Below, one piece after another: positions 17,977 to 27,989 of a stretch of DNA of 64,000 nt. Source of the DNA: Gemmatimonadales bacterium (GTDB lineage: Bacteria > Gemmatimonadota > Gemmatimonadetes > Gemmatimonadales > GWC2-71-9); NCBI GenBank assembly GCA_037189525.1, contig JBBCJC010000005.1, positions 736,001 through 800,000 on the forward strand, read 5' to 3'. The notes beneath the pieces are model-generated. The model was given only the letters and a program-made list of their open reading frames with translations. It ran no database searches and was not told the origin of the DNA. Made by a program: the position numbers and the translations under genes. Numbering within the stretch: position 1 is the first letter of the stretch; each line of letters opens with the position of its first letter.

Positions 17977-18969
17977 ATGTTGAGCCGTTTCGTGACACCG
18001 GCGTTTGCCGTCCTTATTCTCGCCGGTGCGGCAGGCGCCCAGACACCGAGCCAGAACCTCGCCAATGAGATTGCCCGGATCGAGCCGTCGTCGGGCGGCA
18101 CCGTCGGCGTCGCCGCTCTGCACATCGAGTCGGGCCGCACCTTCTTCCACAAGGCCGACGAGCAGTATCCGCTCGCCAGCACCTATAAAGTGCCGATGGC
18201 CATCCTCGGCATGAAGCTCGCCCAGGAGGGCAAGCTCGATCTCAACACGATGATCCAGTGGGACACCACCGATCTCCATATCGGGAGCGAGGCCCATCTG
18301 CTCTTCCGGAAGCCCGGCTTTGCCACGTCGCTCCGGAATATCATCGAGACGACCATCATCCTGTCTGAGAACAACTCCACCGACATCCTGCTTCGCACCA
18401 TCGGCGGCGGCGCCGCCGTCACCCAGTACCTCCGCAGCCTCGGCATCAACGACATGCGGATCGACCGGCCCACAGCGGAGATCATCGCGCATCCGTACGG
18501 GATCACCGACATCTGGACCGCCGACGGTAAGTTCTCGCGCACCAAGTGGGAAACCCAGTCCCGTGCCCTGAGCCCGGCGCGGCGCGACTCGATTGCCCAC
18601 TACTACGCCAAGGATCCTCGCGATCACGGCAGCCCGCGCGCCATGCTGACCCTGCTCACCAAGCTCTGGAAAGGTGAGTTGATCGACAAGGCGCACACGG
18701 CTGAGCTGATCGACATCATGTACCGGACCGAGACGGGCGCGGGCCGGCTCAAGGGAATGCTGCCGGCCGGCACCCGGGTGGCCCACAAGACCGGCACCTT
18801 CGCGGGTACGGCCAACGACGTCGGTATCATCGACTTGCCGGACGGCACTCACGTGGCGATTGCGGTGTACGTGAAGGGCTCGCGCCGAGTGCAGGGCCCG
18901 CCCCTCGAAAACGCGATCGCGCAGTCGGCACGGGCGGTGTACGACTACTTCCTCTACAGCAGCAAATAA
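17977..18969 (+). CDS. Class A beta-lactamase-like serine hydrolase (atypical omega loop)
   Basis: Signal peptide; YPLASTYK, SEN in place of SDN, AHKTGT..NDVGII; DRPT where DRxE166 is expected. Confidence 0.85.
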   Translation: MLSRFVTPAFAVLILAGAAGAQTPSQNLANEIARIEPSSGGTVGVAALHIESGRTFFHKADEQYPLASTYKVPMAILGMKLAQEGKLDLNTMIQWDTTDLHIGSEAHLLFRKPGFATSLRNIIETTIILSENNSTDILLRTIGGGAAVTQYLRSLGINDMRIDRPTAEIIAHPYGITDIWTADGKFSRTKWETQSRALSPARRDSIAHYYAKDPRDHGSPRAMLTLLTKLWKGELIDKAHTAELIDIMYRTETGAGRLKGMLPAGTRVAHKTGTFAGTANDVGIIDLPDGTHVAIAVYVKGSRRVQGPPLENAIAQSARAVYDYFLYSSK

Positions 18970-18986
18970 CGCACAGGGTTCGACGT

Positions 18987-19026
18987 ACGAAGGGGGCGGT
19001 GGCCGTTTGGCCGCCGCCCCCTTCGT
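18987..19026. terminator. Hairpin between convergent genes (likely bidirectional terminator)
   Basis: ACGAAGGGGGCGGTGGCC-GTTT-GGCCGCCGCCCCCTTCGT, 18-bp stem with one G-U pair. Confidence 0.75.
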
Positions 19027-19040
19027 GCTTTACGTCAGAC

Positions 19041-20327
<1,287 letters not shown>

Positions 20328-20342
20328 GGTTGCTCCCTCGAT

Positions 20343-21899
20343 TCAGATCGGATCGTGCCGGTCGGTCACGATCATGGCTTCACTCTGATAGCGCGCCTGT
20401 CGAAGGCGGTCACGCTCGCCGGCGTCATCGACGCCTTCGAGCAGCAGCGCCAGTTCGGCGTCATACAGGGCTGTGAGGAACTCCGGCGTGTGTGGCGCCG
20501 GCCGTCCCGCGTCATCGAGAACGGGTACGACGTCCCGATGGCGAACCCGCTGCGCCAGCATCAACCGATAAATCCGGTCGGTAGCCAGATCTTCCATATA
20601 CCCTTCGATCAGACTGGCCCCGCGCCCGGCCAGCACGCCGGCGCGGTAGCGAATCGTCACACGCGCAGCCGCGCGCGATCCGGCCACCGTATGCACACCT
20701 ACCCCGGCAGGCGCGGGACGGAGGTCGGGATAACGATCGATATCCGCCGGACGGCGGAAGCCCTGGTTGGGCACGGGAAACTGCGCCACGGCAATGGCGT
20801 TCTGATCGGGATGACCGGTCCAGGCGCCGTCCATGAGCGCCGAGGCCTCGTTCTGCTTGTCCCGCTCGAGGGCGGCCAGGGCGCGGGCATTCAGGTCGGG
20901 ATCAGTCCGACTGGGGAACAACGCCGTCATTCCACCGATCGCCAGCGCGCCGCGTTTGTGGCAGATCTCGGGCAGGAGCACCCGAAGCCGCTGGAAGAAC
21001 GGCACGTCGTGCGGAATGGTGTTGCGATCGGGCAGAACCCAGGTCGGATCAGCCAGGTTGAAATGGATCAGACTGGCCATGTAGTCCCAGCGCCCCAAAT
21101 TGAGACCCAGGATGTGATCGCGCAGATGGTAGAGGAACTCTTCCATCTGATAGGCGAGCGGATGCGACTCGACCAGCGCCATGCACTTGATGGCGTCGCG
21201 CGGCAAACCTTTGAGCTCCGCAAGCCGCGCAAACAGATCCCGCCACCAGATCGCCTCTTCGCCCGACTCGCTCTTCGGGATGTAGATGGCAATCGGATGG
21301 CGGAGCCTGGCCGGGTCCAACCGGTGAACCAGCAACGCCACATCGAAGAGCGAAGCCGAGACGAGTTCCCCCGGCACGATGCCGGCCTGATGGAGATGCA
21401 GGCCGCGCACCCGAACCCAGGTCACCGTCCCGGACGGCGCAATCGCCACTCGCGTGTTCCGCTTGGCGTCGTGGTAGGTCAGCGTTCCGTGCAGCGCCTC
21501 GACGGCATTGGCGTGCCCGCGAAGGAGCGTCGCCCAATCGTTGGCCATCGAGTCTTCGAGATCGATCATGACCCCGGGCGCACCCGAGTTGAGCATCTTG
21601 ACGACGAGTTCTCCGTCGTCGGCCGGCCCGGTCATCTGATTCCGCTGATCGGCGCACCAGTCCGGCAGGGCAATCCGCCAGTCGCCGGTCGTGGCGTCGG
21701 ATGGCGGACGATGCTCCGGCAGCCGTCCGAGCTGCGCACCAGCCAACGCCTCGGCCCGGCGATCGGCCAAACTGCGCTGCCGCGGCGAGAACTCGTGATG
21801 CAACGGGAGGAGCTGCTCATAGAAACCCGCCGGGAGATCCCGAACGGGGTCGAAGTCGTCGGGGGCCGTGTTGCATCGCTGCTCGAAGTCGACCGTCAT
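20343..21899 (-). CDS. aceB: Malate synthase (divergent A-type)
   Basis: TGP..MLNSGA..DLEDS, VRVRG, GLNLGRWDY, AIGGM, DGAWTGHP, MEDLAT; directly upstream of aceA. Confidence 0.88.
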   Translation of the reverse strand: MTVDFEQRCNTAPDDFDPVRDLPAGFYEQLLPLHHEFSPRQRSLADRRAEALAGAQLGRLPEHRPPSDATTGDWRIALPDWCADQRNQMTGPADDGELVVKMLNSGAPGVMIDLEDSMANDWATLLRGHANAVEALHGTLTYHDAKRNTRVAIAPSGTVTWVRVRGLHLHQAGIVPGELVSASLFDVALLVHRLDPARLRHPIAIYIPKSESGEEAIWWRDLFARLAELKGLPRDAIKCMALVESHPLAYQMEEFLYHLRDHILGLNLGRWDYMASLIHFNLADPTWVLPDRNTIPHDVPFFQRLRVLLPEICHKRGALAIGGMTALFPSRTDPDLNARALAALERDKQNEASALMDGAWTGHPDQNAIAVAQFPVPNQGFRRPADIDRYPDLRPAPAGVGVHTVAGSRAAARVTIRYRAGVLAGRGASLIEGYMEDLATDRIYRLMLAQRVRHRDVVPVLDDAGRPAPHTPEFLTALYDAELALLLEGVDDAGERDRLRQARYQSEAMIVTDRHDPI

Positions 21900-22005
21900 G
21901 TCCAGAACCTCGCTCGAGGATTCAATGGCGCCCGATCCGGCTTCCCTGCGCGCCAACCGACTGGGCTTCCTTCCCCAAGCTAGGATCAAAGCCCGAATCC
22001 GTCAA

Positions 22006-22045
22006 GCGAATTTTCGCCAATGGCTTGCTTTTCGCTGAGCGCGAA
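22006..22045. promoter_or_regulatory. Candidate RamB-like operator (GCGAA/TTCGC half-sites)
   Basis: GCGAA-TT-TTCGC at 22006-22017 and TTCGC-5nt-GCGAA at 22031-22045 in the aceB/regulator divergent gap. Confidence 0.5.
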
Positions 22046-22098
22046 GATAGGTTGGCCAATGCCCTTTCGCTGACAGCGTCACCGCTCGGAGCGACTTC

Positions 22099-23592
22099 AT
22101 GACCAATACCGCACACCTGCGCACCATGTTCGGGATCAAGCTCTCCCGGCTTCGGAGTGCGCGACGGCTAACCCTGAGCGCGCTCGCCAGCCGGGCCGGC
22201 GTCTCTGTCTCATATCTGGCCGAGATCGAAGCCGGGAAAAAGTTCCCCCGGGCCGAGAAGCTGCTGGGCCTCGCCGATGCCCTGAGCCTGAGCCTGGAGG
22301 ATCTGATCTCCTCGAAGGTGGACGCCGAGTTCGCACCGCTGCAGGGTTTCCTCGATTCACCCGGTCTGGCGAACTTTCCGTTCGAACGCTTCGGGTTGCC
22401 GCGTGAAGAGTTGGTCCAGCTGCTGAGCCGATCGCCCAACGAAGTCGCCGCGCTACTCCGCACCTTGAATGACATTGCCCGCCAGTACGACATCGGGGTC
22501 GAGCACTTCCTGCACGCCGCCCTGCGGTCTTATCAGGAACTCACGGGCAACTACTACCCCGACCTGGAAGCCGCCGCCGAAGCTTTTGCCGACGAGCTGG
22601 CGGAGGCGTATCCCGACTGCTCACAAATGGAACAGTTGGAGCGGTGGGTGGCTGCGGAACTTGAGCTCACCATCGACGACCGCTCGCTGGGCAATGCTCC
22701 GCCCCTCAAGACGGTTCGGGCCGTCCGGTTCGATGGCGAACATCGCCTGCTGATCAGTCCGGCCCTCACGGCTTCGCAGCGCGCCTATATCCTGGCCCGC
22801 GAGGCCGCCTATCATCGGCTGCGGCTCAAGACGCGCTCATGGGTATCGCCGCCGGATTCGGACGGTTCATTCGACCAGGTCATCAACGACTTCCGCGCTT
22901 CGTACTTTGCGGGGGCCGTGCTGCTGCCTCGGCGAGTCATCAATGCGGAGCTCAAGAAGTGGTTCCGTCAGACGAAGTGGCAGCCGAGCGTCCTGCTCGA
23001 CATGATGGATCGCTATCAGGTCACGGCGGAAACCCTGATGTACCGGATGAGCCAGGTGATTCCGGGCGAGTTCGGACTCAAGGTGCACTTCCTCAAGTTT
23101 CGCACCGAAGGCACCACCTATCGTCTGGTCAAGCAGCTCAACCTGTCCAACCTCCCGGTTCCGGAAGGCCACGGCGGGAGCGAGCACTACTGTCGCCGCT
23201 GGCTCACGACGCGGTTACTCACCGAATTGAATCAGCGCCAGCATCGGCACCCGCGGCGGCAGCCCGACCCGGCCATCGGCGTTCAATCGTCACGCTTTCA
23301 CGACCGGACCGACGAGTACTTCTGCCTGGGCCTCGCAGCGCCCGCGGCGCTCGATCCGACCATCAACACCAGTCTGACGATCGGTTTCAAGATGGACGAG
23401 GCCTTTTTCCGGGCCGTCCGATTTGCCAAAGATCGATCGATCCAGCGCGCCCTGATCAGCTCCACCTGCGAGCGGTGTCCGTTCGATTCGACCACCTGTC
23501 GCGATCGCGTCGCGCCGCCGAGCCGAGTGCGCCGGGAACGGGCCTATCAGGCTCAGCAGCGCGCGCTATCCGCACTACGATCCGCCTCCTGA
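22099..23592 (+). CDS. XRE-family RamB/ScfR-like regulator of the glyoxylate shunt
   Basis: N-terminal HTH (LTLSALASRAGVSVSYLAEIEAGKK), IrrE-like middle domain, C-terminal CERC..CRDR; divergent from aceBA. Confidence 0.85.
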   Translation: MTNTAHLRTMFGIKLSRLRSARRLTLSALASRAGVSVSYLAEIEAGKKFPRAEKLLGLADALSLSLEDLISSKVDAEFAPLQGFLDSPGLANFPFERFGLPREELVQLLSRSPNEVAALLRTLNDIARQYDIGVEHFLHAALRSYQELTGNYYPDLEAAAEAFADELAEAYPDCSQMEQLERWVAAELELTIDDRSLGNAPPLKTVRAVRFDGEHRLLISPALTASQRAYILAREAAYHRLRLKTRSWVSPPDSDGSFDQVINDFRASYFAGAVLLPRRVINAELKKWFRQTKWQPSVLLDMMDRYQVTAETLMYRMSQVIPGEFGLKVHFLKFRTEGTTYRLVKQLNLSNLPVPEGHGGSEHYCRRWLTTRLLTELNQRQHRHPRRQPDPAIGVQSSRFHDRTDEYFCLGLAAPAALDPTINTSLTIGFKMDEAFFRAVRFAKDRSIQRALISSTCERCPFDSTTCRDRVAPPSRVRRERAYQAQQRALSALRSAS

Positions 23593-23605
23593 GCCTGATC
23601 TGCTG

Positions 23606-23656
23606 AAAAGGAAGGCGCCGCGAATCCGTTATGGACTCGCGGCGCTTTGCTTTCCC
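23606..23656. terminator. Hairpin between convergent genes
   Basis: AAGGCGCCGCGA..TCGCGGCGCTTT stem flanked by A-run and T-run. Confidence 0.7.
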
Positions 23657-23679
23657 GACTGAGAACTGCCGTCGGCTCG

Positions 23680-25164
23680 CTAGTCGCTCTTCTTAGGCCG
23701 GAACGTGGCGAGCCCCGAGACCTCGAGCTCCGATACCTTCGCATTCGCGTCGAGCTGGAAGGTGAACGACCGCGCCCCCTCCCTGAACGTGTTGAAATGC
23801 CAGTGCTCGGCGGACGCATCGACACTCTGCCAGCGAAAGACGAGGCGGTCTCCCTGCACCGCGACCGAGAGGTCACCGTAGAGCGGATCGGTGTAGGTCC
23901 CGGCATACCGCTCGAGCGGCAGCGACGGCCGCGTGCCCATGACACGCGAGTCGGTCATCCGCTTTGCCTGTTCAGCCTGGCGTGCCATCGCGGCCCGGTT
24001 CTGTTCCAACTCTTCCGCGAGGTGATCCTTCGACGGCGCACCAAGCAGGAAGCGATCGACGATGTTCATGACGATTGCGGGCCCGGCCGAGTGAGGCGCC
24101 CCGTTGGTCAGCACAATGATACCGACCTGCGCGTCCGGCAGCGTCCACATCTCCGACAGCATGCCGTCAATGCCTCCGTTGTGCCATGCAATCCGCGCAC
24201 CGCGGTAGCTCGTGACCACCCAACCCAAGCCATAGCCCGTCGTGCCGCTCAGACTGTCGCCGGCCCCGCCGGAGTTGATGTGCGGCGTCTTGGTGACCGC
24301 CAGATTGGCCGCGCTCACCAGGCGGGTTCCGCCGTAGACGCCGTTGGCCAGGTGCATCCGTACGTACCGGGACATCTCGACGATACTCGAGTTGATGGAC
24401 CCCGCGGGCGCGGCATTGTCGAGGTTGCGCCACGGAATCGGCTTGGCCGCACCGTCGGCGATGGCGTGCGGAGTCGAGACGTCCGATTGCTGCGCCAGTC
24501 CGTTGGTACTGAGACTGCTCCGCTCCATGCCGAGCGGCGTGAAGATCCGGCGACGGACCACGTCGTCGTAACTCATCCCGGCGGCCCGTCCGACCATCTC
24601 ACCCGCCGCCAGAAACATGATGTTCTGATATCCCAGCTCGGTGCGGAAGGGAGCGTTTGGCGTCAGATGGCGGACCCGGTCCAGGATCTCGTCGCGCGAA
24701 TACGAGGTGCCGTACCAGAGCGGATCTCCTCGGCGGCCGAGTCCGGATCGGTGGGACAGGACATCGCGCAGGGTGAGTTCACGGGTGACGTAGGGGTCAT
24801 AGAGCTGGAACCCCGGCAGCCACCGGGTGACCCGATCGTTCCACGACATCACCTTGTCGTCGACCAGCATGGCCGCCGCCGTCGAGGTGAACGACTTGGT
24901 ATTGGACCCGATGGCAAAGATCGTCGTCGGCAGGACCGGATCAGGCTTACCGATTTCTTTGACGCCGAATCCCTTGGCGTAGATGAGCGAATCGCGGTGC
25001 ACGATACCGACGGCCACCCCGGGCAGGTGCCACGCCTGGCGCACCCGCTCGACATACTGGTCGAGCCCGGCCAGCGGATCCGCCTTACGCTGCGCAGCAA
25101 GGCCGCCGCTCGATGCCGCCAGCAGCATTGTCAGGATACTCACGATCCGAACACGTCGCTTCAT
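23680..25164 (-). CDS. Secreted serine hydrolase (beta-lactamase family, DUF3471-like tail)
   Basis: Signal peptide MKRRVRIV; SNTK, YQN, HNG motifs. Confidence 0.9.
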   Translation of the reverse strand: MKRRVRIVSILTMLLAASSGGLAAQRKADPLAGLDQYVERVRQAWHLPGVAVGIVHRDSLIYAKGFGVKEIGKPDPVLPTTIFAIGSNTKSFTSTAAAMLVDDKVMSWNDRVTRWLPGFQLYDPYVTRELTLRDVLSHRSGLGRRGDPLWYGTSYSRDEILDRVRHLTPNAPFRTELGYQNIMFLAAGEMVGRAAGMSYDDVVRRRIFTPLGMERSSLSTNGLAQQSDVSTPHAIADGAAKPIPWRNLDNAAPAGSINSSIVEMSRYVRMHLANGVYGGTRLVSAANLAVTKTPHINSGGAGDSLSGTTGYGLGWVVTSYRGARIAWHNGGIDGMLSEMWTLPDAQVGIIVLTNGAPHSAGPAIVMNIVDRFLLGAPSKDHLAEELEQNRAAMARQAEQAKRMTDSRVMGTRPSLPLERYAGTYTDPLYGDLSVAVQGDRLVFRWQSVDASAEHWHFNTFREGARSFTFQLDANAKVSELEVSGLATFRPKKSD

Positions 25165-25229
25165 GACCACCCTCCCGGGGAGACACCGCAAGTGCGGCAC
25201 CCGACGACTGCCGGGTGCCGCGACGCACC

Positions 25230-26372
25230 TCACACCCAGATCTGGCCCAGCACCCGCTTGAAGTTGCCTCCCAGCACGCCGAGAATCTCCGCGTCGGAAT
25301 ACTTCCGGCGGATCAATCCGTCGGTGATGTCGTACATCCGCTTCGGGTGGGCGATCTCATCAATGTCGATCTTGTCACGGAAGGCGTAGCTGTCCTTGTA
25401 GCCCGCCTTGAGCCGCTTGTAATCCTCGGGCGGCATGTCATCGTAACCGTCCAGATCGATATCACTGCCGATCCCGACATGCTCGCGACCACCGGTGACC
25501 TTGGCCACATGGTCCATGTGGTTGAGATAGTCCTCGATCGTCGTCGGCTCCTCGTTCTTGACGAAGTTGCGGACGCCGGTAATCCCCATCACGCTCCCTG
25601 CCTGTCCGACTTTCTTGATCACTTCATCCGGCTTGCAACGCGGATGCCCGGGAGCGAGCGCCCGGGCATTCGAGTGCGTGATGAGGACCGGCTTCTTCGA
25701 GGCTTCGAAGGCATCGAGCGACGTCTTGTCGCCGCAGTGGGAGACGTCGATGGCCATCCCGACTTCATTCATCCGCGCCACGATGCGGAGACCGAAATCG
25801 CTGAGGCCTTCGTCCTGTCGCTCGGTCGACCCGTTGCCGATCCAGTTCCGGCTGTTGTAGGTCAACTGGGAGACACGCTGACCATACCCGTAAAATTCGG
25901 CGACATGGTTGGGGTTCTGGAAATGGTCGGCGTTCTGAACGCCCAGCAGAATCCCCAGCTTGCCCGACGTCCGCACCCGGTCGAGATCCGCGGCGGAGTC
26001 GATCCGCATGAGGTAGTCGTCGCGGCCGGCAATCAGCCCGTTGAGGCCGAGAAAATATTTGAGCGCCGCCTCATAGGCGTTAGGCCCGCCGAATCCGACG
26101 GCGTGGTGCGCCACATGAATTCCGGAGGTCTTGTAGCGCTCGAAATCGGCCGCGGTAAAGGTCTCCGGATTCGTGTTCCAGCGACGCTGCTTGCCGAAAT
26201 CGAGGGTCAGCGGAAAGAGCATATCGATCACGGTCGCCTGCTTCATGAGGCCGATACAGCGCGCCGTGTATTCGGTGGTGCTCCAAGGGAACAGCTGGTA
26301 TCGCCCTCGGAGAAACGCGGGCGCCCCGATGGCCGCCACGGTGGTCGTGAGGAACTGCCGGCGAGAAGTCAT
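25230..26372 (-). CDS. Tat-exported membrane dipeptidase family protein (peptidase M19)
   Basis: Tat motif SRRQFL; QLTYN..N, GLSDFG, IDVSH, THSN, HVGIGSD. Confidence 0.88.
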   Translation of the reverse strand: MTSRRQFLTTTVAAIGAPAFLRGRYQLFPWSTTEYTARCIGLMKQATVIDMLFPLTLDFGKQRRWNTNPETFTAADFERYKTSGIHVAHHAVGFGGPNAYEAALKYFLGLNGLIAGRDDYLMRIDSAADLDRVRTSGKLGILLGVQNADHFQNPNHVAEFYGYGQRVSQLTYNSRNWIGNGSTERQDEGLSDFGLRIVARMNEVGMAIDVSHCGDKTSLDAFEASKKPVLITHSNARALAPGHPRCKPDEVIKKVGQAGSVMGITGVRNFVKNEEPTTIEDYLNHMDHVAKVTGGREHVGIGSDIDLDGYDDMPPEDYKRLKAGYKDSYAFRDKIDIDEIAHPKRMYDITDGLIRRKYSDAEILGVLGGNFKRVLGQIWV

Positions 26373-26409
26373 GGAAGCCTCAGGGTGCGAGTATGGGGAC
26401 CGGGCGCGA

Positions 26410-27894
26410 TCATCGCTTGCGTCCAAACGTCCCGAGGTTGGGATAGACGAGAGAACGAATCCGACCCGACGCATCGAGTTGGAAGGTGACCCGGGTCGGG
26501 CCGAACACCGGGTTGCGCCAGACGATGGCAAAGGTGTCGTAGTGCCAGTGCCGGAGGTCGCCGGTATAGTGAGGCCCGAACCGGGCAACCAGGCCACCGT
26601 TTTCCTCGGTGATGCTGATGTCGCCGTACATGCTGTCGGCGTACACACCGGCGTACTGCGCCAGTGCCAGTGAGGGCGACGTGCCGGTGACCCGGGCCGC
26701 CTCGACTTTGCGCCGCTCTTCATCGGCGCGCTGCGCAGCGGTCTTGGCGTCGGCGAGGTAGAGCGCGCTCCAGTCCTTGTCGGCGCCACCGGTGTAGCGA
26801 TCGAGCAGCCAGTACATCATGGCCGACGGGAGGCTCGACTCGGACACATTGGTCAGCACGACGATGCCGAGTTTCTTACCCGGCACCAGAGCCACCTGAG
26901 CCCGCATGCCGCGAATGGCGCCGCCATGCGAGACCAGCTTCATACCCCGATAGTCGCGCAGCGACCAGGCCAGACCATAGGCAGTCAGGTTGGTCTCCGG
27001 AAAGTGGCGCTCGTCCATCGTGCTCCGCTCCGTATGCATGTGCGGCGCGTGCATTTCCTTGATCGTTTCGGCCTTGATCAGCCGCCGGCCGCCATAGACG
27101 CCCTCGCCCAGCTGGAGCCGGATCCACTGCGCCATGTCCGCGACGCTCGAGTTGATCGAGCCCGCCGGTCCGATGTTGTCGATGTTGGCCCACTCCACGG
27201 CGGTCGGCACGCCGCCGATCTTCTCGTGCGGCGAGGCGACGTCCGTCATCTGCGCCAGCGGAATCGTGCTGGTCACCGTGCGCTTCATGCCGAGCGGCTC
27301 GAAAAACCGTTGCGTCACGAAATCGTCCCAGACCGTCCCGGTCACCTTGTCCACCACCGTACCCGCCGCGAGATACATGATGTTCTGATAACCGTACTGC
27401 GACCGGAAACTCCAGGTCGGCTCCAGGAAGCGAACCCGGCGGAGTACCTCGGCACGCGACATCCCGGAGTTGGACCAGAGTCGGTCGCCGCGCACCAGAC
27501 CGCTCCGGTGCGTCAGCAGATCGCGAATGGTCAGTTCCCGCGTCACGTAGGGATCGAAGAGTTCGAAGTCGGGCAGATAGGCCGTGACCCGATCGTCCCA
27601 GTCGATCTTCCCCTCGTCGACCAGCAGGCCGAGCGCGGCGGACGTGAACGCTTTGGTAGTGGAACCGATGGCAAAGATGGTATTGGGCGTGACGGCGTCT
27701 GACGTGCCCAGCTGGCGAACACCGTAGCCGCGCATCAGCACCACCGAGTCGTTTCGGACGACGGCAAATGCAATCCCCGGAGCCTGCCAGTCCGCGAGGG
27801 CTTTGGTGAAGTAGCGATCGATCGCCTGCGCGTTCTGGGCGGTTGCGATGCCCGGAACGGCAATCGATACGACGAGCCAGAGCCAACGAATCAT
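26410..27894 (-). CDS. Secreted serine hydrolase (beta-lactamase family, DUF3471-like tail)
   Basis: Signal peptide; STTK, YQN, HGG; visibly paralogous to 23680 and 5823 proteins. Confidence 0.9.
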   Translation of the reverse strand: MIRWLWLVVSIAVPGIATAQNAQAIDRYFTKALADWQAPGIAFAVVRNDSVVLMRGYGVRQLGTSDAVTPNTIFAIGSTTKAFTSAALGLLVDEGKIDWDDRVTAYLPDFELFDPYVTRELTIRDLLTHRSGLVRGDRLWSNSGMSRAEVLRRVRFLEPTWSFRSQYGYQNIMYLAAGTVVDKVTGTVWDDFVTQRFFEPLGMKRTVTSTIPLAQMTDVASPHEKIGGVPTAVEWANIDNIGPAGSINSSVADMAQWIRLQLGEGVYGGRRLIKAETIKEMHAPHMHTERSTMDERHFPETNLTAYGLAWSLRDYRGMKLVSHGGAIRGMRAQVALVPGKKLGIVVLTNVSESSLPSAMMYWLLDRYTGGADKDWSALYLADAKTAAQRADEERRKVEAARVTGTSPSLALAQYAGVYADSMYGDISITEENGGLVARFGPHYTGDLRHWHYDTFAIVWRNPVFGPTRVTFQLDASGRIRSLVYPNLGTFGRKR

Positions 27895-27918
27895 GAGCGC
27901 ACTCTCCGAGTCCTAAGA

Positions 27919-27939
27919 TGCGTACAAACTTGTATACAA
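27919..27939. promoter_or_regulatory. Candidate GntR/FadR operator (tandem 9-mers, perfect palindrome TTGTATACAA)
   Basis: TGCGTACAA-ACT-TGTATACAA about 25 nt upstream of the 27894 start. Confidence 0.65.
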
Positions 27940-27989
27940 TAATCCGGCCCCTGCGACCCTTCGGCAAGGACCCTACTCCGCAGCCCGTC

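Noticed and set aside
15508..18852. 1114-aa ORF as an S9 fusion protein
   Set aside because: The first 335 codons are mostly antisense to the class A-like gene; the real start is GTG 17847 with AAGGAGG and a signal peptide
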